A stretch of 55,487 nt of DNA from a virus: positions 1 to 55,487 of the IMG/VR virus record IMGVR_UViG_3300045988_108176; one strand, 5' to 3'. Shown here one piece after another: positions 9,131 through 18,900 of this stretch. The notes beneath the pieces are model-generated. The model made no database searches. It saw nothing but the letters and a program-made list of their open reading frames with translations, and had not been told where the DNA came from. Within the stretch, counting starts at the first letter, position 1, and every line of letters starts with the position of its first letter. The translations under genes were made by a program, and so were the position numbers.

Positions 9131-9475
9131 ATGGTAAGTATTAGTAAAATTGAAACAGGATTAGCTAAATTTATCGATTCCGAGTTAATTGATAAGTTGG
9201 AGTTAAACGGATGGAAACGTTTAGTAACTGCTAGTGTATCTAGTATTTTTATTAAAAAACTTTCTAATATACTATCTAAACTTCAAAAGAATTCTTTCGT
9301 AGAGATGTTAGAATTGTTTGATGAAAACGGTGACGTTGACTTAGATTTAGTTTATAGCGAAATCAAAGCAAATATGCCTGAATCTGGAATAAAAATTGAA
9401 ATACCGGGCATATCAATCGGTGTGACTCTGAAGAATAACGATATAGATACTTTGTATAAATACATGATTGAATAG
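9131..9475 (+). CDS. hypothetical protein
   Basis: GGAGG is 7 nt upstream of ATG 9131. The track start 9080 lies inside the terminator. Confidence 0.5.
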   Translation: MVSISKIETGLAKFIDSELIDKLELNGWKRLVTASVSSIFIKKLSNILSKLQKNSFVEMLELFDENGDVDLDLVYSEIKANMPESGIKIEIPGISIGVTLKNNDIDTLYKYMIE

Positions 9476-9486
9476 GAGATAACAAT

Positions 9487-9750
9487 ATGGAAATTGATAC
9501 CAAATCTATGCTTAAGGACTTTCAAGAAGAACTCAGCGATTCCGATAAATATTATGAAATCGGTTCAAAAATGAGAGCAGATGTTGCGTTTAGTAAAAAG
9601 GCAAAGGGATTTTTCGAGATGTCTAAAGATGAATTTACTCATGCACGTTGGTTAAGGGACATTCTTATAATGCATTCTGTAGAGATTCCTACTGCTGATA
9701 ACGAACGATATGAAATGATTAAAGAAAGAACATACCGTTTATTTCTCTGA
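9487..9750 (+). CDS. hypothetical protein
   Basis: 87-aa ORF with an AGGAGA SD. Confidence 0.5.
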   Translation: MEIDTKSMLKDFQEELSDSDKYYEIGSKMRADVAFSKKAKGFFEMSKDEFTHARWLRDILIMHSVEIPTADNERYEMIKERTYRLFL

Positions 9751-9838
9751 TGACAAACAAGACAAAATTAATAAAATATTCAACGTAGCAAAATTAATTT
9801 TATCTTTTATAAAATTGTAAAAATCAAAATGGAGTTAT

Positions 9839-11113
9839 ATGGGAATTCTAAGTAAATTAAAAGACGTGTGGTCAGTTTTTAAAAATAGAGACCCCACTAT
9901 TGAATATCGTGATATCGGTATGAGTTCATCCGTTAGGTCAGATAGATTATACGGGTACCAATATGGTATAAAAAATCTACAGACGTCTATATATACTAAG
10001 ATAGCTATGGATGTATCATACGTAAACATTCACCATGTTAAGCTGGATGAGATGGGTCGTTTTAAGGAAATAATTCACAGTCCGCTTGATGAATGTCTTA
10101 ATTTAAGCGCAAATATTGACCAAACCGGTAGATATTTGATACAAGACGCTGTAGAAACTATGCTGTATAATGGTAGCGTGGCATTAGTCCCTGTCTTGAC
10201 TAACGATGATATTTTTAATACTGAATCGTATGATATATACAAACTGAGAGTTGGTAAAATCTTAGAATGGTATCCGATGCATGTGAAAGTGTCCGTCTAT
10301 AACGAAGACGACGGCAAAAGGTATGACGTGGTTGTGCCTAAGAATTCGACATGCATAGTGGAGAATCCATTTTATTCAATAATGAATGAACCTAACTCTA
10401 CTATCAGTAGATTAAATAGAAAGTTAAGTCTACTTGACGCGTTCGATGAAGAACAAAGTAGAGGAAAACTTAACTTGATTATACAGTTACCGTTTAGTAC
10501 AAGAACAAATCTTATGGAACAGAGGGCGCAAGAGCGTCTTGAATCTATAGAAAAGCAACTTGTTGGTTCTAGATATGGAATAGGCTACATCGATTCGAGC
10601 GAAAAAGTAACACAATTGAATCGGTCACTTGAGAATAACTTACCGGAACAGATAAAGTATCTAACAGATACATTTTACTCTCAATTAGGTATAACTGAAG
10701 ATATACTTAACGGCAGGGCTGATGAAATAATGATGTTGAATTATTACACTCGCGTTGTTGAACCGATAATATCGGCGTTTACAAACGAAATGAAGCGTAA
10801 GTTTTTGACAAAAACAGCTCGGTCTCAACGTCAAAGTATAGAATTCTTTAGAGACCCGTTTAAGTTAGTTACGGTAGACAAGATAGCGTCTATATCTGAT
10901 ACTATGAAACGCAATGAGATAATGACATCTAACGAAATCCGTCAGATAATAGGATTTAAGCCCACAGGCGATAGCAAGGACGATAAACTTGTTAATCCGA
11001 ATATTTCGCAGCCTAAAGAAACGGAAACTGTTAACGAAAACATTAAAACAGTAGATTTGAATAATAAAGAACAAAATCAAAATGGAGATAAAATAAATGG
11101 CAACAACATATGA
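9839..11113 (+). CDS. portal protein (putative)
   Basis: 424 aa, immediately upstream of and overlapping the protease-capsid gene. Assignment rests on size and position. Confidence 0.65.
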   Translation: MGILSKLKDVWSVFKNRDPTIEYRDIGMSSSVRSDRLYGYQYGIKNLQTSIYTKIAMDVSYVNIHHVKLDEMGRFKEIIHSPLDECLNLSANIDQTGRYLIQDAVETMLYNGSVALVPVLTNDDIFNTESYDIYKLRVGKILEWYPMHVKVSVYNEDDGKRYDVVVPKNSTCIVENPFYSIMNEPNSTISRLNRKLSLLDAFDEEQSRGKLNLIIQLPFSTRTNLMEQRAQERLESIEKQLVGSRYGIGYIDSSEKVTQLNRSLENNLPEQIKYLTDTFYSQLGITEDILNGRADEIMMLNYYTRVVEPIISAFTNEMKRKFLTKTARSQRQSIEFFRDPFKLVTVDKIASISDTMKRNEIMTSNEIRQIIGFKPTGDSKDDKLVNPNISQPKETETVNENIKTVDLNNKEQNQNGDKINGNNI

Positions 11114-12866
11114 TTTTAGTGGTTGGGCATCTAAGTCTAACGTAAGGTGCACTGATGGTAGAATCATTCTCAACAACGCGTTTGCTGATAATGATAACGA
11201 TAAAGTGCCCCTCGTATGGAATCATGACCATCAAGACCCCAGTCGCGTTTTAGGCCATGCTATGCTTAAGAACGTTCCTAATGAGGGCGTATACGCATAT
11301 TGTAGCTTTAATGATACTAATGACGGTCAGCGAGGAAAAGCACTGGTTCAGCACGGTGACATTACATCTCTGTCAATTTATGCGAATCAGCTGCAGGAAA
11401 ATGACGGTCGTGTACGACATGGAAACATCAGAGAAGTATCTTTGGTTTTAGCTGGAGCTAATCCGGGTGCCAAGATTGATGATATTATTGTTCACAGTGA
11501 CGGTATGGATTCAGAAGCGATTATCTATTCCGGTGTTGAAGGTATTGAGTTGTCTCATGCCGACGATGATGAAAATAAAAAACCCGAAACTAAACCGGAA
11601 GATAATTCTGACACCGACAATCGAACTGTGGAAGATGTCATTAAAACATTTAATGACGAGCAGTTAAAAGTGTTTTATGCATTGATTGGCCTTGCTATGT
11701 CTGGCGAACTCAATGACGACAAAAAAACAAATACAGAAAATAATAAAAAAGATAACGAAGACAAAATTAATCATTCAGAAGGAGATAATGAATCGATGAA
11801 GAATCTTTTCGAAAAAAACGGCAATCCGGAAACAAATAATACGAACGACGAACTTATTCATACTGCGTTAAATACTATTATTAATGACGCACAGAGTATG
11901 GGTTCTCTTAAAAAATCGTACATTCAGCACGCAGACGAATACGGTATCAGTAATATTGACTACCTGTTCCCTGATGCAAAAAATAATACAACCGTGCCTG
12001 AGTTAATCAAGCGTGATACTGATTGGGTTAATCAGGTTATGAGTTCAGTAAGTCACAGCCCGTTCTCTAGAATTAAGAGCATTTTTGCTGACATCACTGC
12101 TGATGAGGCTCGTGCTAAGGGTTACGTTAAGGGAAACCTCAAAATGGAAGAAGTTATTACTACTCTTCGCAGGGTAACCACGCCCGTTACTATTTACAAA
12201 AAGCAGAAGCTCGACCGTGACGATATCATTGACATCACCGATTTCGACGTTGTATCGTTTATTAAGTCCGAGATGCGTACTATGCTCGATGAAGAAATTG
12301 CTAGGGCGATTTTGGTTGGCGATGGTCGTCTTCCTGACGATTCCAATCATATCAATGACCAGAACCTTCGTGCTATTTATAAAGACCACGACCTGTATAC
12401 TATCAAGGCTAGGGTAAACGTAGCAAAGGCTGCTACTTCCGATGAAGTGGCTAAGGAATTTATTAGAACAGTTATTAGGACTCGTAAAGACTATAAGGGT
12501 TCTGGCAATCCTGTTCTCTACACCACCGAAGATTATGTCACCGACTGTCTTCTCATGGAAGATAAGAACGGTCGTGTAATCTATGACAGTGTCGATAAGC
12601 TCGCTACCGCTCTTCGTGTGGCAAAGATTGTTACTGTACCTGTTATGGAAAATATGAACGGTGCTACTGGTAAGCCGCTCATGGGTATTATTGTAAACCT
12701 TAAGGACTACAAGGTAGGTGCTGATAAGGGCGGTTCAATCAATATGTTTGAAGACTTCGACATCGACTACAACCAGAATAAATACCTTATTGAAACACGT
12801 ATCAGTGGCGCACTCGTTAAGCCGCATAGCGCCATCGCACTTGAACTCTATCGAGCAGATAGCTAA
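11097..12866 (+). CDS. prohead serine protease (S78/U35-like) fused to a linker and major capsid protein
   Basis: N-terminus VPLVWNHDHQD...GDITSLSIYA...IREVSLVLAGANPGAKI fits an HK97-type protease. An acidic low-complexity linker follows. The C-terminal ~300 aa are capsid-like (EEIARAILVGDGR). Confidence 0.7.
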   Translation: MATTYDFSGWASKSNVRCTDGRIILNNAFADNDNDKVPLVWNHDHQDPSRVLGHAMLKNVPNEGVYAYCSFNDTNDGQRGKALVQHGDITSLSIYANQLQENDGRVRHGNIREVSLVLAGANPGAKIDDIIVHSDGMDSEAIIYSGVEGIELSHADDDENKKPETKPEDNSDTDNRTVEDVIKTFNDEQLKVFYALIGLAMSGELNDDKKTNTENNKKDNEDKINHSEGDNESMKNLFEKNGNPETNNTNDELIHTALNTIINDAQSMGSLKKSYIQHADEYGISNIDYLFPDAKNNTTVPELIKRDTDWVNQVMSSVSHSPFSRIKSIFADITADEARAKGYVKGNLKMEEVITTLRRVTTPVTIYKKQKLDRDDIIDITDFDVVSFIKSEMRTMLDEEIARAILVGDGRLPDDSNHINDQNLRAIYKDHDLYTIKARVNVAKAATSDEVAKEFIRTVIRTRKDYKGSGNPVLYTTEDYVTDCLLMEDKNGRVIYDSVDKLATALRVAKIVTVPVMENMNGATGKPLMGIIVNLKDYKVGADKGGSINMFEDFDIDYNQNKYLIETRISGALVKPHSAIALELYRADS

Positions 12867-12884
12867 ATATAGGAGGTAATGCAC

Positions 12885-13178
12885 ATGGATAGGATTTATA
12901 ATAGAGCAGAAGATAAGAACAGTGCTAACATTATCGTATATGGTAAGGCTAGTGATACCAAAGCATATTCTGATAAGGCGTGCACCAAGCAGTATACCAC
13001 TTCCGAACTTAAGAATGCTTTTATGAAGGGATGCGTCGTAGTCATTGGCGACGATATGTACTACCCGGTTGCTTTAAGCGTTGCTTCTTCAACTAAGGTT
13101 GCTACTTTGACGTACGCTAAAGCTGGTAGTACGGCGGGTTCTGCAGCAACAGCAACTCTCGTTAGCGTCGCGGACTAA
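12885..13178 (+). CDS. hypothetical head protein (decoration/accessory?)
   Basis: Small ORF after the capsid gene. ATG 12885 is better spaced from AGGAGG than 12879. Confidence 0.4.
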   Translation: MDRIYNRAEDKNSANIIVYGKASDTKAYSDKACTKQYTTSELKNAFMKGCVVVIGDDMYYPVALSVASSTKVATLTYAKAGSTAGSAATATLVSVAD

Positions 13179-13185
13179 AACATTT

Positions 13186-13506
13186 ATGAAATTTTGTGGA
13201 AAAATAGGTTTCGGCAATTACGTCGAAACCTCTCCCGGTGTATGGGGCGAAGAAGTAGTCGAAAAGACTTATACTGGAAATTTTGTTAAAAAATACTTGA
13301 ATTCGAAAAGCTCTAATGATTTTAATGATGAGCTAGACATATCTTTTAGTATAAATTTCATCCCGGACAAATACTTCTGGGAGTATTTTCACAGAATTTC
13401 CTATATAGTCTGGAAAAAATCAAAATGGAAAGTTACTAGTGTAGACGTTACCACATCTCCAAGAGTAACTATAACTTGCGGGGGATTGTATAATGGACAG
13501 GATTAG
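13186..13506 (+). CDS. head closure / head-tail adaptor-like protein
   Basis: Pattern ...ISYIVWKKSKWKVTSVDV..PRVTITCGG resembles the SPP1 gp16 / H_T_join family. Confidence 0.45.
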   Translation: MKFCGKIGFGNYVETSPGVWGEEVVEKTYTGNFVKKYLNSKSSNDFNDELDISFSINFIPDKYFWEYFHRISYIVWKKSKWKVTSVDVTTSPRVTITCGGLYNGQD

Positions 13507-13798
13507 TTTACATAATAAATTTGAAGAAATTTTAAAATCTAAAAATGTTTACTTTCAATCTCCCCCCGATGTATTGATGAAATATCCAGCTATTCGTTAC
13601 TCCATCGACGATATTGATATTTCGCACGCAGATGGAATAAACTATAAACAATTTAACAAATATTCTGTCATAATCATTGACAGAAACCCAGATTCTAAGA
13701 TATGCGATAAAATATTAGACAGTTTCGAATATGCGAGTTTTGTCAGATTTTATCCAGCTGACAACTTGAATCATTGGGTACTTTATATTTATTGGTAA
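13493..13798 (+). CDS. tail completion / terminator-like protein (DUF3168-like)
   Basis: NVYFQSPPDV.MKYPAIRYS pattern; sits before the major tail gene. Confidence 0.4.
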   Translation: MDRISLHNKFEEILKSKNVYFQSPPDVLMKYPAIRYSIDDIDISHADGINYKQFNKYSVIIIDRNPDSKICDKILDSFEYASFVRFYPADNLNHWVLYIYW

Positions 13799-13813
13799 AA
13801 AGGAGATAAAATT

Positions 13814-14503
13814 ATGAGTAAGAATAAGATTGTATGGGACAAGACTTCGGAACGTTTCTATGAGACTGGTGTTAAGAACGTAGTTCTCTATACTCAGACC
13901 GCTGGCGTTTACAATGACGGATGCGCTTGGAATGGTGTAACGGCAATCACCGAATCCCCTTCTGGTGCTGAGAGCACTGCACTTTATGCTGACGATATTA
14001 AGTATTTGAATCTTATCAGTAATGAAGAATTCGGTGCTACAATTGAAGCATATACTTATCCTGAAGAATTCGAAAAATGTGACGGTACTGCAGACCTTGT
14101 TTCTGGTGTAAGTATCGGTCAGCAGAAGAGGGAAACTTTTGGTCTTTCCTACCGTACTGTTCTTGGTAATGATACTGATGGCAACGATTATGGTTATAAG
14201 CTGCATCTTATCTATGGATGTAAGGCATCTCCCTCCGAGAGGGCTTATTCCACTATCAGTGACTCCCCCGAAGCAAATACGTTTTCTTGGGAACTTTCTA
14301 CTACCCCTGTATCTGTAAGCGGTTTCAAGCCGACATCTTGCATTACTATCGATTCCACCAAGTGTGACAAGACTAAACTTGTTGCTCTTGAAGAGATTCT
14401 TTACGGTAAAGACCCCACACAGGCTAGCGGAAATGACGGCGTAGCACCCAGACTTCCTCTCCCCGACGAAGTGAAGACTCTTATGACTCCTACTGGAGAC
14501 TAA
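13814..14503 (+). CDS. major tail (tube) protein
   Basis: FYETGVKNVVLY...AWNGVTAITESPSGAE...YADD..Y is a siphovirus tube pattern. Strong SD, and sits upstream of the chaperones and TMP. Confidence 0.7.
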   Translation: MSKNKIVWDKTSERFYETGVKNVVLYTQTAGVYNDGCAWNGVTAITESPSGAESTALYADDIKYLNLISNEEFGATIEAYTYPEEFEKCDGTADLVSGVSIGQQKRETFGLSYRTVLGNDTDGNDYGYKLHLIYGCKASPSERAYSTISDSPEANTFSWELSTTPVSVSGFKPTSCITIDSTKCDKTKLVALEEILYGKDPTQASGNDGVAPRLPLPDEVKTLMTPTGD

Positions 14504-14537
14504 TAATTAAAACAAATCAAAATGGAGGTAAACAAAT

Positions 14538-14942
14538 ATGTATATTAAAGAAATTGAATACAAAGACTATAACGGATTGGATTGTAAGACTAAGCTCTAT
14601 TTCAATCTTAACGAAGCTGAACTTACAAAGATGCAGTTTAAGCGTGGTGGCGGCTATCAGGAATATTTGAAGAGAATCGTTGATTCAAACGACATCGAGG
14701 AAATCGCTTATATTTTCGATGAACTTCTCATGATGGCATACGGTGTTAAATCCGATGACGGTAAGCGCTTTCAGAAAACTGATGAAATTAGAGAAGCATT
14801 TAGACAGTCCGAAGCTTATTCTGTATATTACGTAATGCTTCTTACGGATGCAGATGAAGCTGCACGCTTTGTAGACCAGATTCTTCCTAGGAATATTGCA
14901 GACGCTGTAAGGAATGCCAAGGAAGACATGGCTAACAACTAA
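14538..14942 (+). CDS. tail assembly chaperone
   Basis: Position, plus FNLNEAELTKMQF...YGVKSDDGKRFQK is a TAC-family pattern. Confidence 0.55.
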   Translation: MYIKEIEYKDYNGLDCKTKLYFNLNEAELTKMQFKRGGGYQEYLKRIVDSNDIEEIAYIFDELLMMAYGVKSDDGKRFQKTDEIREAFRQSEAYSVYYVMLLTDADEAARFVDQILPRNIADAVRNAKEDMANN

Positions 14943-14963
14943 CATAACATAAGAGGTAAGAGA

Positions 14964-15518
14964 ATGTTAACAATAAAAATCCCCGGCGCAGAATACTGGG
15001 ACGAACGAACAAATACTTTCCGTTATCACGATGAAATTACTTTGACGTTAGAGCATTCTCTTGTCTCTGTCTCAAGGTGGGAAAGTCGGTACCATAAAAC
15101 CTTCTTGTCAAAGCAAAAGAAAACCAGTGAAGAGATGCTTTACTATATAAAATGCATGACAATTAAGTGTACCGACGATTCTGCCTATTTATTATTGACG
15201 GAGAAAAACCAACAGGAGATAAACGAGTACATCCAAGACCCAATGAGTGCCTGTTACTTTGACGAAAACTCATTAAGACGAGGGGGTTCTTCGTCAAACG
15301 AGCCTATGACGTCAGAATTAATATACTACATGATGTTCTCGTGCGGTATACCTAAAGAGTGTGAAAAATGGCATCTTAATAGATTGTTAAGTTTACTTAA
15401 AGTCTTTCAGATTAAGAATAACAACTCGAAAGGTAAGAAAAATCTGACTAGGTCTCAGTTAGTAGATAGAGCTAGATTAAACGAAGCGAGAAAAGCTAAA
15501 TTACATTCACCGGGTTAA
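14964..15518 (+). CDS. tail assembly chaperone-like protein (second)
   Basis: LTLEHSLVSVSRWESRYHKTFL...EEMLYYIKCM is a TAC-like pattern. No overlap or slippery site with 14538 seen. Confidence 0.45.
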   Translation: MLTIKIPGAEYWDERTNTFRYHDEITLTLEHSLVSVSRWESRYHKTFLSKQKKTSEEMLYYIKCMTIKCTDDSAYLLLTEKNQQEINEYIQDPMSACYFDENSLRRGGSSSNEPMTSELIYYMMFSCGIPKECEKWHLNRLLSLLKVFQIKNNNSKGKKNLTRSQLVDRARLNEARKAKLHSPG

Positions 15519-15522
15519 TCAT

Positions 15523-15912
15523 ATGGCACAAATAATCAAAATAGATAGTCGTGGTAATTTTAAAAAGTCTAAAAAATTATTATACTCGTTGCCAGATATT
15601 ATAAAAATAAGTGTTCTGGAGAAATACGGAAAAATTGGTGTACAAAATTTAGAAAAGTACACACCAAAAGACACCGGTTTAACATCTAAGTCATGGTACT
15701 ATACAATAGAGACCGACAATAGAGGTAAATATTCTTTGATATTTCATAACTCTAATATACACAATTATGTTAACATAGCGATAATTTTACAAACAGGACA
15801 TGCCACTGGAAACGGCGGATGGGTTGAAGGAGTAGATTATATTAATCCAGCCCTAAAGCCGGTGTTTGAAAAGATGGTGGATGAGGTATGGGCGGAGGTG
15901 AAATATTTATGA
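15523..15912 (+). CDS. HK97 gp10-like tail-component protein
   Basis: YTPKDTGLTSKSW...LQTGHATGNGGWVEGVDYINPAL pattern. Confidence 0.45.
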   Translation: MAQIIKIDSRGNFKKSKKLLYSLPDIIKISVLEKYGKIGVQNLEKYTPKDTGLTSKSWYYTIETDNRGKYSLIFHNSNIHNYVNIAIILQTGHATGNGGWVEGVDYINPALKPVFEKMVDEVWAEVKYL

Positions 15913-18900
15913 GTGGCAAAGGAGTAGACGAAAGAATATTATCGATGAAGTTCGATAATGCATCGTTTGAAAAGAATGCCAAGGTAACTATAAACACATT
16001 AGATAAATTACAACGGACTTTGGACACAACAAAATTGTCCAAAGATATATCCAATTTATATTCTTATGTGACAAAAATCGGAACTGAAGTGAAGACTTTT
16101 ATAGCTATAAAGTACGCTATAAAAGGTATTGACGCCGCGCTTAAAAGTGTAACAGAAGGCGGTAAACGTCGAGCTGAAAACCTTGAAAATGCACACTTCC
16201 AGTTACAAGGTTTATTAAAAGACGAAGAAAAAGTTTCGGAAATAATGAACGACGTTAGCAAATCTGTTGACGGAACAGCATATGGATTGGACGCAGCTGC
16301 TAAAGTAGCTTCTCAGTTAGCAGCGTCAAACGTTAAAGCTGGAGACCAGATGTTTACCGCTTTAAGGGGTATAGCTGGTGTTGCAGCCATGACCAATTCG
16401 TCGTATGAAGATATCGGCAGGATATTTACGCAGGTAGCTGGACAAGGACGTTTGATGGGCGACCAGTTATTGCAATTGTCAGGCAGAGGTATGAACGCTG
16501 CGGCTACACTAGCTGAAGAATTCGGACTTACAGAAGCTGTTGTTAGAGATATGGTATCGAAAGGTCAAATCAGTTTCGATATGTTTGCTCAAGCAATGGA
16601 TTCTGCATTCGGAGAACATGCGAAGAAAGCTAACGAAACGATGACCGGTGCGTTATCAAACGTAAAATCTGCGTTAGGAAGAATAGGTGCTTTATTCTAT
16701 TCTCCGCTGATTGAACAAAACGGTGCATTAGTTCAATTATTTAATGCTCTTAGGGTAAAAACAAACGAATTAAAAGACGCGTTGGCTCCGACAATTTCTA
16801 AAATAGTCGATATAGCTATCAAAGCTATAAACTGGGCAACATCTATAATTAATAAAATAGATTTTTCAAGTATAGCTTCTAAAATCCTAAAACCGTTCAC
16901 AGCGGTTAAGCAGACGTTTGATGATATAGGAACTAGGGTACAATCAACATCTAAAATAATAACTAACGCTTCGGATGTTATAAACGAAGTTATTAATGGA
17001 AAATGGGACGTTGGTGCTAAACGTTGGGATAAACTTACCAACGCCGGTTATAACTGGGTAGCAGTTCAAAATGGAGTAAATGAAACTCTTGGTTCTACGT
17101 ATAGACATGCAGAACAATTATCTAATACAATAGACGATTTAACTAATAATGTTTCTGATAGCAACCAAGTAATAAATTTAAGTAACAACACATTAGCGTT
17201 AACAAAAAGAAACTACGCAGCTACGAAAACGTCTGTTTCTGGATTATCTGACGCAATGTCACAATTAAGTATATACGCTAATAAAGCCGGATATTCTGTA
17301 GACGATGTGGTCAAAGACCATAGTCTCCTGTCTATGTCGAGTTTATTATTAGACAGTCTATCCAATATAGTTAAAATAATAAAAAGTCTCGGCAAGTCAA
17401 TTGCCAAATCGTGGAATAACGTCTTCGGTAGCTTAGACAATGTAAATCCGGTTTTCAATCTTATCGCTGGGTTTAGAAAGTTAACTTCTGAGCTACAAAT
17501 CACAGAAGAAGTATCAGACAAGATAACGCGAACATTCAATGGATTATTCGCGGTATTAGATTTAATTAGAATGGTCGTTGGTGGAGGCGTTTCACTAGCG
17601 ATGAAAGCCATTCGTTTTATTTTTGAGACGTTTGGCTTAAAAGTTTTAGACGTCACAGCTGCATTGGGTGACGCAATAGTAGCAGTTAGGAACTGGATAA
17701 AAAATACTTTAAAGAGTTCCGGAATTTTAAACGGAATAAAACGAATATTAACACCGATAATCAAGCTTATAGTAGATGCGGCCAAATCAATCTATAATTG
17801 GGCTAAAGAAAACAATTTATTAAATAAAATAGCGTCAGGTTTAGGTACTATTTTACAAGGTGTAGCATACTTTATAGAAAAAGTAGTTACCAAAGTCGTG
17901 GATTGGATAAAAAACAGCAGTCTTTTAAGAAATATTTTAACTAAAGTCGGAAGTGTAATATCTGAATTAATAGACAAAACGTCAAAATGGATTGACGGAT
18001 TAAAAAATACAGATAGTATACCTGAATACATTATATCTGGATTGGTAAGCGGATTAACTAGCGGTATCGTTAAAGTTAAAGAAGTCGTTGGACTTTTAGC
18101 AAACGCTATATTATCAACTTTACGGGAGATTTTAGGAATACATTCACCTGCTAGAGTTCCTATGGAATACGGCGAATTGACTGGTGAAGGATATTCAATA
18201 GGTTTAAGTCATGCAAATGAAAAAGGTGTGCAAGCCGCTACTGAATTCACTGGTAAAGTCCTAACTACTATGAAAGACATAACTGTAGATGGCGTTAGAA
18301 ATCTTGTTTCTAATATGCCTAAAATTATGGATGTTATATCGAAAATTCCATGGGGTTCCATAGTTTTCGGCGGAATGGCTATAGCTTTAGTTAAGGGCGT
18401 CGGAAAATTAAATACAACGATAGATAAAGTAGGCGCTATTATTGCAAACAATCCGTTAACTATTTTAACAAAAGCCGTAGAAAATTATACCGCTGGTATG
18501 AAAAATTTGCTGACTGAGTTAGGAAAAGCTAAGAAAATAAAAGCAATAACGCAGATGATGTATTCGGTAGCAGTTAGCATTGGCGTATTAGCCGCATCTA
18601 TATATCTTTTGTCTAAGGTAGATAAAGGAGGTATGGTTCGAGCGATGATAATGATTACGTTTATAGCTGCTATATTAGCGGCTCTTACGTCGTTAATGTA
18701 TCTGCTCGATAAGAAATCATCGGCTTGGAATAAAGTTGGTAAAGACGCAAAAATCATAAACAGTACAGTACTGAATATGATAGGTATAGCTGCAAGTTTC
18801 TTACTGATGGCTACGGCTTTTAAGACGTTAGCCAATATAAAGCAAGAGAACGTAGCTCAAGCTATAGTTATGATGGGCGCTTTATGGCTTATTGCTCTTA

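Noticed and set aside
11257-12417. Plus-strand alternative-frame ORFs 11257..11451, 11467..11667 and 12217..12417
   Set aside because: They are embedded in the protease-capsid ORF in other frames, with no SD. They are treated as chance ORFs.
14538-15518. A programmed -1 frameshift joining the two tail-chaperone ORFs (the G/GT paradigm)
   Set aside because: - The ORFs do not overlap. They are separated by a 21-nt gap with a stop and a separate SD (AAGAGG).
- I saw no slippery heptamer near the end of 14538..14942.
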